64,000 nt of DNA from Lama glama. Lineage: Eukaryota. The stretch covers positions 3,970,001-4,034,000 of the forward strand of contig CM052818.1 of assembly GCA_028534125.1 (NCBI GenBank), read 5' to 3'. The translations under genes were made by a program, and so were the position numbers. Numbering within the stretch: the stretch's first letter is position 1; each line of letters opens with the position of its first letter. The notes beneath the pieces were generated by a model that was not told the DNA's origin, made no database searches, and saw nothing but the letters and a program-made list of their open reading frames with translations. This document shows, piece by piece, positions 1-14,506 of the stretch.

Positions 1-489
1 AGTTTAAAAAAATTCCACTGACTACTTACATGAATTTAGGCAAATAATTCAATCTCTCTGAGGATGATTTTCCTAGCAATGAAGTGATGTCAGGGGTTGG
101 ATAAGGCATGGCAATTCTTTGACACACAGTTGTTTTGTTCTGCTTTGTTTTTTAATCTTGCAAAGTTTAGAAGAAAGGTGAAATTTCAAGTTAAAAATAG
201 GGATCTGGGTCTACACATTTTAATTCCTCTTTTTCTTTCCAAAATGCTGTAGAAACAGCTAAACTGGTATAACAGGGGAAAATGTTTATCACTGCTGGGA
301 AATTGGTAAGGGTGCCATACACACCCCAGACACTTGGAAGAATTCCTGTATGAAATAGAGCTGCCGAGATCAGGGTGATGGAAGGACCTAAAAGCCTGGA
401 ATTCCAGGAAAGGAGGAGAAAAGTCTGGTTGTTGGTGGGATAAGTTCTGAACACAGTGATTCATCATCTACACCTGACACCAGATGTAC

Positions 490-2443
490 CAATAAGCACA
501 TGAAAAGATGCCCAACATCACTAATGATTAAAGAAATATGTCAAAACCACAATGAGATGCCATTTCAGATCCATTATGATTGCTGAGAAGAAAGAAGAAC
601 AGATTAAATGGATTAATGACTTGACTATAAACTACTATAGAAACTACTAGAAGAAAACACAGGCAGTATGCTCTCGGACATCAGTCTTAGCAATATCTTT
701 CTGGATATGTCCCCTCAGGAAAGGAAAACAAAAGCAAAAATAAACAAATGGGACTACATCAAACTAAAAGGCCTCTGCACAGCAAAGGAAAACAACAAAC
801 AAAACAACAACAACAAAAAAACAACCTACCGAATGGAGAACATATTTGCAAATCATATATATGATAAGGATTCAATACCCAAAATATATAAAGAACTCAT
901 ACAACTCAACAACAACAAAAAACAAACAACTCAATTAAAAAATGGATGGAGACCTAAACAGACATTTTCCCAAAGAAGACATACAGATGGTCAACACGTG
1001 CATGAAGAGATGTTCAACATCACTAATTATTAGGGAAATTAAAATCAAAACCACAGTGAGATATTACTTCATGCTTGTTAGAATGGCTACTAACAAAAAG
1101 GCAAGAAATACTAAGTGTTGGAAAGGATGTGGAGAAAAGGGAACAGTTTGGTGGTTCCTCAAAAAATTAAGAATAGACTTGCTATATGATCCAGCTATTC
1201 TACTTCTGGATATTTATCCAAAGAATATGAAAATACTAATTAGTAAAGATATATTTCATCACAGCATTATTTACAATAGCCAAGATATGGAAACAACCTA
1301 AGTGCCTAGCAACAGATGAGCGGATAAAGAAGATGCGTTGTGTACATACAATGGAATACTACTCAGCTATATAAAAAAGAAACCTTGCAATTTGTGACAA
1401 CATGGATGAACCTTGAGGGTATCATGCTAAGTGAAATAAGTCAGATGGAGAAGACAAATACCATATGATACATAAAATCGTATCAAATGTGGAATATAAA
1501 AAACAAAGAAACAAAAAACAAAATAAATGAGCAAATCAAACCAAACAAAAACGGACAGATACAGAGAACAGAGTAGTGGTTACCAGAAAAGGTGTGTATG
1601 AGGGGAGGGTGAAATGAGTAAAGGGGGGTCAACTGCATGGTGATGAATGGAAACAATTTTTGGTGAGCATGCTGTTGTGTACAGAAGTAGCAATGTACAC
1701 TGTACACATGACACTTATACAATATTATAAACCAATGTTACCACAATAAAAAAAAACAGCAGAAAATAACAAGTGTCAGCAAGGATGTGGTGAAATTGGA
1801 ATCCTTGTGGACTGTTGGCAGGAAAACAAAATGGTGCCGCCACTGTGGAAAATAGTATGGCAGTTCCTCAAAAAATTAAACAGAACTACTACATGATCCA
1901 GCAATTCCACTTCTAGGTATATGCCCTAGAGAATTGAAAGCAGAGACTTGAATAGATATTTATGTGCTAATGTTCATAGCAGCATTATTTACAACAGCCA
2001 AAAGATGGAAACAATCCAAATGCCCACAGAGTGACGAATGGATAAACAAAATGTGAGATATATATATACACATATGTATATATATATATCATAAATCACA
2101 TATATAAAATGGAATATTATTCTTTCTTAAAAATGAATAAAATTCTGACACATGCTGCAACATGGATGGACCTTGAAAACATGTTCAGTGAAATAAGCCA
2201 GATACAAAAGACAAAAATTATGATCCCATTTACATGAGGTTCCTAGAATTGGCAAATCCATAGAGATGGAACATAGGATAGAGATTAACAGGGGCTGGTG
2301 AGAGTTTCAGTTTGGGATGATGAAAGATTCTGGAGATGGATAGTGGTGATGGCTGCACAACTTAATGCCACCAAATTGTATGCTTAAAAATGGTTATAAT
2401 AGTAAGTTTTATGGTATATATATTTTACCACAATAAAAAAAAA
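490..2443 (+). mobile_element. Old L1 (L1MB-like) 3' end, interrupted by a younger L1
   Basis: ORF2 C-terminal motifs (catgaaaagatg..caacatcacta, aaccacaatgagat) at ~490-590 resume at 1758 (gaaaataacaagtg..). Ends tatattttaccacaataaaaaaaaaa at ~2443. Confidence 0.85.
601..1756 (+). mobile_element. 5'-truncated L1 (ORF2 C-terminus + 3' UTR + A-tail)
   Basis: ORFs 668-1033 and 942-1301 give frameshifted L1 ORF2 peptides ([45 protein letters not shown]). Ends aataaaaaaaaa. Confidence 0.95.
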
Positions 2444-2449
2444 TGCAAT

Positions 2450-5400
2450 GGAAGCAGTTAAGAGTAAGTTGAATACTGCGAAGACAAAATCAAAACAACT
2501 TAAATTGGTGAATTCCAGGACCAGAGTGAATCCATTCCCCAAGAACACAAAGAAAAATGGTAGAGATTTGAAAATTGTACTTGGAAGATAGAAGTGATGT
2601 TGGATAGATTCAAGAAACTAAAGGACAGACAGGAGAAAATTAATACTATAAGAAATAATAGAAAGAATTTCTCAAGGCAAAGAAGTTTATTAGGTTGTTA
2701 GATGGGGAGGCTCAAGTCCTTTACAAAGATTCAAGATTAATTGAGAGGTCCCTCAGCAAGATACACTTTCTTGACTTTTTCTTTTCATTCCAGAGGCAAA
2801 GAAAAACATTTTTACAAGCATCCAGAAGAAGAAATGTGCTAAATTTGCATCTCTCCTTTTTCTGTATGCAATATAGTATAGAATATATGCAAATTGACAT
2901 TGTGTCACTGTCTCTATCAAATTTAGGGGAAAAGATATTCAGAATATAAGAACTTTATATTCAATTAAAATATCTACCTGGAGGTGAATAACAACTTTCA
3001 AATAGGTTGAGACCTAGAAAGTTTAATACTCATATATCCTTCAGGAAAAATTTACCTGAAAAAAAAATTAGCTAACTGAGAAATTGAAAAAATAAATAAA
3101 ATAAAAACTTCAAATACTGGAAAGGAAATATATATATATGTATATTTAAGAGACATAATGCAAATATTTCTTAAGAATTGAATGAGAAGAACAAATAGAT
3201 ATTACTTAATTCTTACCATTATAAAGACAAGCATTCATTGGGAATTGTTACTAGAATAAAAATTAAATTATACTCTTTCAAATTATACTTTTCAAGTCAG
3301 TGGTAGAATGTTAAGATATCAAAGAGGGGTAAAAAATAAATGGGCAGGCAAAAGTATAGTAGGAAAATACAAAAAAATTATAATATTTTGGGACAAAGGA
3401 CTTAAAAAGCATTCAAGGTGCTAAAAAGTTTGTTTTATGTTGGTTAGAAATATATTCCATAATAAAAACATGTGTGAACTAAATAATAAGTTATAAATTA
3501 TAAGGCAATGTGTTGGAAGTTAAAATAGTCATGGTGGAAAGTTTTAAAATAATCTATGTCTTCACAAATCAAGTAAATAAAAATATAAAATACTTAATAA
3601 ATTTAATCAATATATTTCTTATATAAAACTTTATTCATCAAAGTAAGATTTTCTCTAGTACCCATGAATGATAAATAAAATTAATTAATATACTAGTCCA
3701 CCAACAAAAATTAATAAATTTAAAAAGGAGAATTTTATAATCACATTTTCTGAAAAATGCAATGACTCTAGAAATTGAGAAAAATGTAAAAAACAAAAAT
3801 CATGTGGACATTGTGAAATACTTAATAAATAATTAAAAATCAAATCTAAAATTATTAAAAGTATTAACTATTTAGAAATTGACAATAATGAGAACAGTAC
3901 ATGCCAGAATATGTGAGATTCAATAAGGAAGAGATTTAGAGAAAAATTTATATTCATAATAGCTTTTATTATTAAACAAGAAATAGTAAAATATAATGAA
4001 TAAACTTTTAATTCAGAAAAAAAGGATGAAATAAAAGATAAGCCAAAGGAAGGGATTAATAATAGTGAAAGAATTAAATAATAAATCATAAAACAAAACA
4101 AATATGCAAAAGAGAATTAATGAATGCATTTAAGAGAGAATCCATTGAGTAATTTGAATGGGGAAAAATGAAACAAAAATACCTTTATGTGAATGTAGGA
4201 AAAAGGATATAATCACAGATACAGAAGAGATTTTGAAAATTGAAAAGGTATGTTATAAAATAAAAATATCAACACACTGGTAATTTCTACCACGTCTCAA
4301 GGTGGAAAATATGATAATAATGATAAGTCATATAAGAATTTGAGATAACTGTCAAAGAACTTCTTCAATAATGATTTAGGCTTAGATGGTTTTCCTCTGA
4401 GTTCTAGCAAACTTTGAGCAGACGTATACTTTCTATATTAGTTAAGATATTTCACAGCGTATGGAAACACTGCCAGTTCATTTTTCTAAACTTATATAAT
4501 CCTTTTATTCCAAGCCTGAAAAAGGTAGTATAAAATACAAAACTCCTAAATACGTTTAATATTAAATATTAATAAGCAATATCTTGAGGTTTATATTAAA
4601 TCAAATCCAGAAATATAATAAAAGAGCAAACCATGATGAATAAAAGTTATTTCAGGAATGCAAGGTTAGTTTCTCATCAAGGCAATCTTTTGATTTAGAA
4701 TTTTCACATAGACAGGGCAAAGAAAAAAATAAAAGAAGAAAAATATAATTTTATGTTATGACAAAAGGGCATTTAATAAAGCAACATTTATTTCAGATAA
4801 AAATGTTTTAGTACACTTGCAATTGAAGAATCATTCCTTAGTACAGTAGATAAAAAAATCTCTACGAAGTCAACATCTAATAAAGTACATAACTGTGAAA
4901 CACAAGTCCATTAAGTTTTGAAAATTTTAGTCAATATAATAAGATACACAAGAAAATGTAATAGCTATAAATATGAGAAAAGAGAACAGAAGTTACCATT
5001 AATTACAAATAATACAACCATCTTACTAGAAACCACTCTAAAATTAACTGGCAAAGTATGAGAACTAACAAAATGTTTCATATGGGATAAGAAATAAACC
5101 TATAAAACAAATTTCCCCCAAACCAATGTTCCTTAACTCTTCTGGGGCCATAGGCTGCCTCTGTTGCAAACTACAATCTCTCTGACTTGCAATTTTTAAA
5201 AAATCATTTTGTGGAGTTCATTAAAAGCCCATGGACCCCAAATTATAGGTTAACTGCTCTGTATTATTCAGTGTAGTGAAGAATAATTTAGAAAATACAA
5301 CAGAAAAAAAAAATTCACTCACAATGAAAGCAAAACTTTAAAATGTCTAAGAATAACGTTAACAAACCCAGCATGAGACTGATCTAAAGAAAATATCAAA

Positions 5401-6300
5401 ACCTCGCTGGGGGAAATAAAAAAGAAGTAAAACAGTCTTAAATAAGAAAGTCAGTACAGTAAAAAGGCCATGCCATTTTTGTCAAGGTTATTCTGTACTC
5501 TTCATATAATTCAAGTGAAAAACTCAGGAATATTTTGGAACATAAAAAAATTATTTACAATGCATGTGGTAGCAAAAAGCCCACTAAAGACCAGGAAGAT
5601 TTTCGCTCAGGATTAGAAGTAAGGAAGGATTTTGTCTTACAGATGTTAAAACTAATTAAAATAATGTGGCCCTAGCATAAGAACAGACAGAAATGCAGAG
5701 CATCAGAATAGAAAATTCAGCAGTGGCCCCAAGACTATGAAAGAGTTTAACTTTTTCCAGTTGGTAGTAAAAGATTATTCAGCAAATGATGTTGGAAAAA
5801 CCGGCTAAACATTTGAAGAAAAAAGATGATCTTGACCTCATACCTTACATCAGAATACATTCTAGAACAAATAATGATCTAAATGTGAAAAAATATATGT
5901 ATAAAATACTATAAATAAAGGTAGTCATAAAAAGGACAGCAGCAGCCCAGCCACAAGTATGAATATTGATACTAAATTTCTGAATGAAATACAGAAAACA
6001 GAATTCAACTGTACATTAAAATAATAATACATCACAACGAAGTGTAACCAGAAATGAAAGAATGACCCAATATTAAAAAAAATCTATTTAATGCATTTTG
6101 CTGTATTCGTAGGTCAAAGGAAATATATGAGCTCAATAGATGCCCAAAATGCATCTGATTAAATTGAATATCTGTTCCTGGTTTCTTTTAAAGGAAGAGT
6201 TGGACTTCCTTGGCATGATGTCATTTCCAAATGATGAAACATTTAAAATATTTCAATTAAGATCAGGAAAAAGACTATCGGGGGAGTTTTTAGGGAATCA
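2450..6300 (+). mobile_element. Highly decayed ancient L1 (L1ME/L1MC-like) ORF1/ORF2 remnants
   Basis: Very A-rich, with L1 ORF2 DNA motifs (ttatttcaggaatgcaagg, gcatttaataaa, ttcagcaaatgatgttggaaaaac). No intact ORF. Confidence 0.7.
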
Positions 6301-6579
6301 TGTGCAGTCGTTCACACTAAAATAATTTATTTTAATGGTACTTAAATTAACACTGATCCTTTATTATGCTAAGGAAGAAATCTAAAAAATGTGTTACAGT
6401 TTGTCAATTGTTTTGCAAACTGATGAAGCTAACAAATCTTGAAAGAGCAACATGATATAATACAAAGCACATGAGTTGGACTGAATCCAAAATCAGAATA
6501 CCAGATCTGACATTTTAATTATTTGATTTTAGCAAGTTATGTAAGCTCTCTGAATCTCGGTGTCCTTATCTGTAAAACT

Positions 6580-8110
6580 GAATCCACAGAAGCAAAATGG
6601 AGTAAACTTGCTCTAGGCTCTTTGTTCTGTTGATTATAACAACTCAGGACAAAATTTAAAAACCAAGCATAATGAAACTCTGAAAAGCAAAAAAAGCAGG
6701 TGGATTGGAGAGTTAAAACCTGGAGAGGTAACCCACACAAAGATAAATTCCTAATTTTCTTTCCTCATAGCTTTAATCTGAAGGTGGACCTCAATCACAG
6801 GGCAGTAGGTTGAGATGTTACCTAAAAGGCCAAGAAAGCCCTCATATTTCTGGTCCCTGGAAAAAGGGGCTTCCGTGGTTCAAAGAATGTGGAGGGAATC
6901 CCATCTCTAATTTTCTTTTGTCACTCCTAGCTTTGCCCCAAGGGGGGCCTCAGTACAGAACTGCATGTAGCAATGTGGTGGCCAAAACTCCAAGAGAAAC
7001 TCCATTTTTCTTGCTAGAGAACTTGAAAAGGGGGGGCATCAGTGGGAAAGGTAGTCTGTGGGGAGTCCTGGAGAGGAGAGAGCTGGAGAAGGGGATCCCT
7101 CTATTCTGTGTAGGAAGCTGTATAGGTCCCAGGCTCATCTCTGAGCTACACGTGTGCAGGACAGACCGAGAGCAGCTTAACAAAGACTTTGAAAACCGAA
7201 CCAAAATGAAAACTACCACCCACAGAAGTAGAGATAGAACTTGTGGTCTGAACCTAGCCAGGGTGATTACCTACTAAAGCAAAGGAAAAAAAAAATCAAC
7301 TTTCTTTGAAGGATCTGAACATGACTCAGAGTCCCAACAACATAATATTAAAAATGTTTAGAATACAGTCTAAAATTGCTTAACACACAAAATCATCTAG
7401 AAAGTGTGACCCATTCTTAAGGGAGAAGATAATTAAGATGCCTGTCCTGAGCTATTAGAATTTTCAGTTATAATAACTGCAATTATTATGTAACAGGAGT
7501 TATAATAACTATGCTCCATGAGGCAAAGGTAAATAGACTTGAAATGAATGGAAAGACAGAAGGTCTCAGCAGAGAAAAATTTTAAAAAGAACCAAGTAGA
7601 TATTTTAGACCTGAAAAACACAATATATGTAATAAGAAATTCAGTAGATGAACTCAACAGCAGAAAAGAGATGACAGAGGAAAGAGCTGGTCAACATGAA
7701 GAATGAGCAACAGAAATAATTTGGTCTAAAGAACAGAGAGATGGAAGATGGCAAAAAAATTGAAGAAAGCTTCAGGAACATGTGGAGTAATATCAAAAGG
7801 TCTAACGTGTGTCACTGGGATCATAGAGGGAGAGGAGAAAATGACTGGTACAGAAAAATTATTTGAAAAATAAAAGCTACACATTTGCCAAATTTGGTGA
7901 AAGACATAAATTTATAGATTCCAGAAACTCAGCAAAGTCAAAATAGGATAAACTCAAAATGAACAAACAAAAAAACCCTGCAGCCATGCCAGACATATCA
8001 TAATCAAATTGCTGAGAACTAAAGATAAAGAAAAAAATCTTGAAAGCTGTTAGTGAAAAATGACACCTTAATACGAAACAATAAATCCAATGACCACAGA
8101 GACCACATCA
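6580..8110 (+). mobile_element. L1M 5' UTR/ORF1 fragment inserted into a MIR
   Basis: ORF1-type motifs (aattcagtagatgaactcaacagcaga, aaggtctaacgtgtgtcactgg, catatcataatcaaattgctgagaactaaagataaagaaaaaaatcttgaaagc). MIR halves lie at ~6450-6580 and ~8115-8200. Confidence 0.75.
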
Positions 8111-9306
8111 GAAATGGAAGTAATAATGGTTTACGGGGATAAATAAAGGATATGTAAAGTGCTTAGCAGATAAGAGACACAAATGATAGGTATTGTTAGT
8201 CTAATTGTAATTTCTTTACTACATCTCAGCGTAACATATTTATTTTCCATTCTATTTCTTCAACCTTCTCATGGTCTCCTCTGCATGGAGTTGATCCCAA
8301 TAACTGCAAGTGTACCTTTGATGTTATTTCTTTTAATTTACCCAAAATCTTTTGTTGCTCTTGTTGAAATGAAAGTCTTTGCTAATTCGTCTTGTTTTTG
8401 AACAACTTTTTTAAAAATTCTGTACATTTCTTCAATTATTACATAACTGGTATAATAATGCATTTCTTATTGTCTTATAATAAGACATAATATCCCATTA
8501 TGAAGATCAAGTGAGAAATAGAAAAAGTATACAAATTCCTGTGACCAACTGAAACACTGAGTCATGTATTGCAGAAATAGTACCAGCTTGGGAGTTCGGA
8601 AAGCCTAACTCTTTTAGTCAATCTCAGAAGAAAGTATTTTAGAGAGAGATGGCTTGCCCACATCCTTCCATAGGCTGATGAGGTTGGGGATGTGTCAGTG
8701 AGCCACGTCCTGCTTTGCCAGCTGGCCCGTAGGTTAAGCCAAGCTGTCACCACATGAAACCCAGAAAGCCTTAGCAAGGTATTTCTGGCTGTTGTTTGAT
8801 GCATAAGCAGCCCTTAAATATTAAATGCTGCTTCCAGCCAAGTGGAGATGTTAACCTCGGTCTTCTCCTCGGCTCGGGTTATAAAGAGTAGTGAAGTTAA
8901 GGCACAAACGGATTCAAAGTAACGTTCAGATGACTGCTTCGAACTAGCATAACCAAATGGGTCTGAGAGCCTGGACGTTCTAATAGTGTTTATGAACCTG
9001 TGCCCTCCCTCCGCCTCTCCACCTTCCCAAAGGCTGTGAGCGGCAGCACACAAAATAGCCACAAGGGGTTTGTCCGCTCGGTCTCTCGGCCAAACTCTCA
9101 GGCACGGAGCGAGTGGGGCCAGCATAAGCGGCACATGTGAAGGATAGGGGAGAGGGGCGTTTTCTCCAAAGAAAAGACATGTCTGCAGAATTAAGACTGA
9201 GATATTACTGCATAAAGATGGAGACATCACATGGTCCATAGGCTAGAGACACTGTCTCAGCTTCTCAAAATCTCTGGCCAATATTGAAGGAAAGTCACAC
9301 AGGCTT

Positions 9307-9460
9307 CTTTGTTTGTTTGTTTGTTTGGGTTTTTTGGTGGAGGGGGTGGCAGTAATTAGGTTTATTTATTTACTTATTTAATGGAGGTACTGGGGATTGA
9401 ACCCAGGACCTCATGCCTGCTAGGTGTACGCTCTACCACTGAGCTATATACCCTCCCCCC
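9307..9460 (-). mobile_element. tRNA-derived SINE (camelid Vic-1-like)
   Basis: Minus strand reads GGGGGGAGGGTATATAGCTCAGTGGTAGAGCG...GGTTCAATCCCCAGTACCTCC (A and B boxes), then a TAAA-rich linker and (AAAC)n tail. Degenerate 12-bp TSD tcacacaggctt / tcatgtaggctt (9295-9306 / 9462-9473). Confidence 0.9.
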
Positions 9461-10613
9461 TTCATGTAGGCTTATGAGTCTCTGTTTAACAGAAGGCAGC
9501 AGGTGGAGGTGAAGGACCGTGCAGCCAGCATCTAGTGTGGGTTCTCCTCTGTACCCTTAGGAACATGATGAAGCCTCGGTTTCTCCTTCCATTAATACGG
9601 AATAAGAAAACCATTTTTAAAATGGGGTTTCTGTGCGTATCAGATGGCAGGCATGCTTCTAACAGATACCACTGAAGGGGTAACAGGATTTGAAAACTTA
9701 CCATGGTACAAAGAGCTCTTTTTGTTACAGATGGAAACAAAGACACGGAGAAGGATGAGGACTAGCTTGGATGTGCTGTGTGAGTGCGAAGTCCAGAAAA
9801 GCTTACCCATCCTGTTAATCCTATTCTCATCTCTAGAAGAATGTCACAGAATAAAGTCTCCCTGCCCCGCCCCCCGTGTTTACCATTCCTCCCTTCCTTT
9901 CTCCAACATGTCCACACTTCAGTCTCTCAATAGTCCCACCCTGGGGCTTCTCTCCTGTGGGCCATTCCACTTTTCAAAAAATGGACAGTGTCATTAACTC
10001 CAGAAAAGTGTCATTTCTAACACATCTTCCTAGCTAGGAATAAATGACATGTCTCTGTTTTTGCTAGTTTTCACCTGCAAATGGGAAAACCCCAAATAAT
10101 GTTTTTGTTAAGCTAGGGTCTAATTGATCCTTTTATGTCAACAATATTTTGCCACACTTCACTGAAATTTTCTTTTATTTTGTGGAACCGCAAACCCTCC
10201 CCTTTTATTCCCTGCCTGAGTAATTATGTAGGATAATATTTCAAGTTCTTACTTCTCTCACAGCATGCTTATTATATCTCTGAACTCTTTAGCCACAAAA
10301 TAAATCTAATTTAAATAAAAGAAAATATAGACACCCTCACCAAGAATTTGGTTTGCTCCAAGTTCGCAGACTGAGTCACAAATCAAAAGTGTGATTTAGT
10401 CATTTGTAAAATTTCACCCTCATCAGGAAATTCCATCAAAGTCACCACAGAGTAAACCGGCAGATGGGTCAACGTGCAAAGTTCAAGGCATAAGTAAAAA
10501 GAGAAAACTATTTGATTAAAGTGACTGACAGATGAAGGCTGGCACTGGGCACAAAAATCAGAAGGACCCAGGAAAGATGGGTTTTGTGGTGACAGGGATG
10601 GGGACCATCCTTA

Positions 10614-10703
<90 letters not shown>

Positions 10704-11964
10704 TTACCTTAAGGCAGAAAGAAAGACTGCGGAACGCCATTCCCTTCCTGGCTTCCCCCACATTCTTCCCTCTCCATCACAGAGGCACCTCCACAGCTGG
10801 CGTTGCATTTAGCCTGCAGCAGATTCAAAGCTGGGGACCAAAGAGAGGACCGGCTTTGTCTTCCTGGAGGCTGCTTCTGATCTGACACCACCCCTTGATG
10901 AGTGTGGATTACAAATAAGAAAGCGAAAATTCATCACCGTCCTCTGCTCTGTCTGAAGTGTGTCCCTAGAAGACTGGTTTGCATGCTGCCTTTACAAAGG
11001 GAGATCCCAAGAAACATTTGAGAGTGTCTCCACCACAGCTGGGTGTATCCTATAGTGAACAGAATGTCTCAGGCTGTTACAGCTTGATGCCATCAGCCAC
11101 CAAGATCATACAATTCCTTTTGCTCTGAAACTAGTATCATCATCAACTTTTAATTTCTACTGGGCTTCCCAAGGAGGGTACCGTAGAAGGTTGGCCTGTG
11201 CTGAGGGGCCACAAGAATACCTAGTCCACTTGGTAGTTAGACTCCTTATTAATGAGTACATGGGCATGGTTTTTCTATGGCACTGCTTGGTAACTTTGTC
11301 AATGCAAAATCCACACTTGGGGAGATAGAAGAACTCTAGCTGAGGACAGACATGTTTTTCTGTCTGCAAGATGTGCTGGCAGACTGCAGTGGGTTCACCA
11401 CTGCAGTGCCATCCTGTGGGGCTCTCTCTGGGCAGCCAACTGGTTCATCCTTCATGGTACCAACCTATTTCTTCCCAATGCAATAATCTCTCTTACCTGA
11501 CTGGGCCCCAAATCTGATAGTTCCCCCTTCCTAAAATGTTTCTCAGACCTGCCCCCCTTTTCCTAACAATTGAATTGTGTCCTTGCTGGTGACCTTGCCC
11601 ATCATTCCTTCCTCCAATTCACTCTTCATACTGCTTCCAGAGTTTTCTCCTAAGATGTAAGTCAGATCTTGGCACTCATCTGCTATAAAACCGCCAATGG
11701 CTCATACTGCCTCCAAGATAAAGTCTACATCCATTACCATATGTCCTGTATGGTACCACTTGTCTTTGGAACCCCTTAGCATGGTGCTGAGTATTTGGTA
11801 GGGACCCCAGCAACACCTGGTAAATTGGATGTTGGCCTCTTGAACCAGACCTGGGTTCTCTGTCCACGGCGCCATGGTGGCTCTTACCACCTCACTAGTC
11901 CTGGGCCAGTAGGACACCATGTCCTAAATGACAATAATAACAATCACAATTATCATGATAATAT

Positions 11965-12220
11965 AATAAAATAATGGCCCACTCTAGGCTTACTATGTGC
12001 CAGGCACTATCATAAGTGATTTGCATGTATTATCTCATTAAACTTACAACAACTTTATGAAATCAGTACTCTTATTATTCCTATTTGCCACAAAAGGAAA
12101 TTGAGACCCTGAAAGAATAATTTTCCCAAGGTCACACATGGGAGAGTGGTCACACAACCTAGGGCTGAAAACCAAGCGTTCTGATTCTAGAATGTGCGCT
12201 TTTAGCTCCTATGTTATATT
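11965..12220 (-). mobile_element. MIR SINE
   Basis: cttactatgtgccaggcact..tattatctcatt..ggaaattgagac..cccaaggtcacac core motifs. Confidence 0.85.
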
Positions 12221-14506
12221 ACTTCCCTTCTGTTGAGTTACGCTCTGGAAAGAATGAAGCTGAAATGTGGGGAATGTACGTCTCCAAGTGGCATTGGGAT
12301 ATGAGTCTGGGCTGGAGACATAGTTTGGGAGTCCTCAGCATACTTATGTGAATCAAATTGCTCAAAGAGTGTCATCCGGGAGAGGAGAAGGGAGCCCCAC
12401 CTAGAACCAACACCAAGATTTAAAGGCCTGGCTCCAGTCAGTGAGATGAAAAGAAAGCCCGTGCTGGGGAGAATTTCAAGGAGAGAGAAATTGGAATCCA
12501 GTGAATCTCCTCTGTCCAGCAGGGCAAGCACTGCATGGCACTCAGTGGATTTGTCCTCTAGGGCATCACTTCCAGACTTTGCCGAGAACAAGCAGGTGGA
12601 GGGTGGGGGTGAAGTCCAGATAGTGGTGGGTTAAGGAATGAATGGGATGCAAGGATATGAAGGCCACAAAGTCTTTAGAGATATTTGAGTGAGAAACCGG
12701 TAAAGAATTAGGTTAGCATCTATAGGAAGATGTGATGAGGAGATTCATTGTCTTTTGTTTTTGTCTTTTCAGACAAGGGGCAGGAGAGATTAGTTTATGT
12801 TTATGGACAGTGGAAATGAAGCCAGAAGAAAGGTAGGACAAATACAACAGAGAAACAAAGGCCTGGATGAGATTGCAGACAATGGGCTAAAATGGAGGGA
12901 CTGGCTTTAAATAAGGAGGACACTTGAATCCCAGAGATGATGGGACGGGCACACATGCATCTTTTAAGAGGAAGACTGGGACTTGAGGTAATCACTTGTC
13001 TGCTCTTCTCTGGGCTCTTGGTGAGAGTGATGAGTGTGAGTTGTAGTTTGAAGGTTTAAAGAAAATGGTGACAAGTTATGCGACTGATTGAACATGCTGT
13101 GTGTCAGGCACTGTTCCAAGGCATTGGGGGCTACAGCAATCAACAAAAGACAATCCCTGCCTCTCGGAGTTTGCGTGGCAGTGGTGTCTTGGTGCCATTC
13201 TTTGAGGGGGTCCAGAGCCAAAGAGGGCCCGAGGAGACAGCCAGAGGAACGTGCCTCATGGTCTGGATTAAGCCATGCCAATTACTCTGATCCTCAGTTT
13301 CTTCCTCTATAAAATGAGAGGATTGGATTAAATGGTCTCTTAGTTCCTCCCACCCCTACCTCTAACTCCTTTGAAACTAAAATAGCCAAGTGTCCAGAGT
13401 TGCTGAAGGAACTGGGAGAAGCGTTCAGTGCCTACTCTAAGCCAGATGCGGGGCTGGTTGGTTTGCATGTGTTTTCTCTTATAATTTTCACAGGCAAACT
13501 AGGGTTCAACCAAGGTAAACAAATTGCTATGGTTGCCCAGGGGAGCTTGGATTCAAATCCGCATCTGCTTAACTTGAAAGCCTTTTCCAAAAGACTCCTC
13601 TGCTTTAGAGGGAACAGAGAACCACGGGAGCAAATAGAGACATAGCAGATACTGTCAAGTGGCTGGAGGCAGATTTGTTTTATATCTCTCCAGATGGATG
13701 AGACATTGTGGGTCAATGACAGAAAGATCTGCATGGAAACTGGAATTGTCCAACTATTGGCTTGTTGGCCTCAAAAGGCAGCAGTTTCTCACCAGAGCTA
13801 TTCAAGTTGGGGGTTAGTGACGGCCTCTTAGGATAGCTTGAAAGATGCTCCTTTCAACCCTAAGCTTCTAAGAGTCTCTTAAATATTTTGTTTATAATAC
13901 CACCTATGCATTTACTTTTCTCCTTTCCATCTACTTCCTGCTCCCCTACTCCTCACATCTCTTTCCTCCATTCATCTGGATTTAGGGACTTCCTGCTGCA
14001 GGTCCCAATTTTTGGCATCACCGAGAAGACACCTCCTAATGCTTTCTCTCCAATCAGGCAGGCAGGCACATGCTGAGACCAGTAACTGACTTGGCAAGGA
14101 ACACATATGTCATTACCCTGGTCTCAGAGGAAAACCTGTCTTGAGACTAAGAAACTGATCGAAAGAAGTGTATGATTACTCACAGTGGCTGGAAGACTCT
14201 ACAGAGGTTATCAAGGAGAAGCGGAGCTGCTTTAAAATTTACAATGATCAGAAGAACAATTTTACCAAAGGCTTTGACAACTGGTTTCAAGCATTTCCAG
14301 GAACGCTATCACAGTTGTGTTATCTCTTGGAGGCTGCACCCAAGGAGGGTGAAATGGCCTCCTTTCTTATACAAGTGGGTGTCTACACACTGAAAAATAG
14401 GACCTCCAAGGCCCCTGCGATGTGTATAGTGATCATGTTCAAAACTGCATCATTCTCCCTTGGAAAGCAGTGTTGACAATGCTCGGAGAATTCTACCTGG
14501 TGGGGC

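Noticed and set aside
668..1301. Functional L1 ORF2
   Set aside because: 5'-truncated, frameshifted and internally deleted; not retrotransposition-competent.
9380..9460. tRNA gene
   Set aside because: The A/B boxes belong to a SINE head with a simple-repeat tail and TSD.
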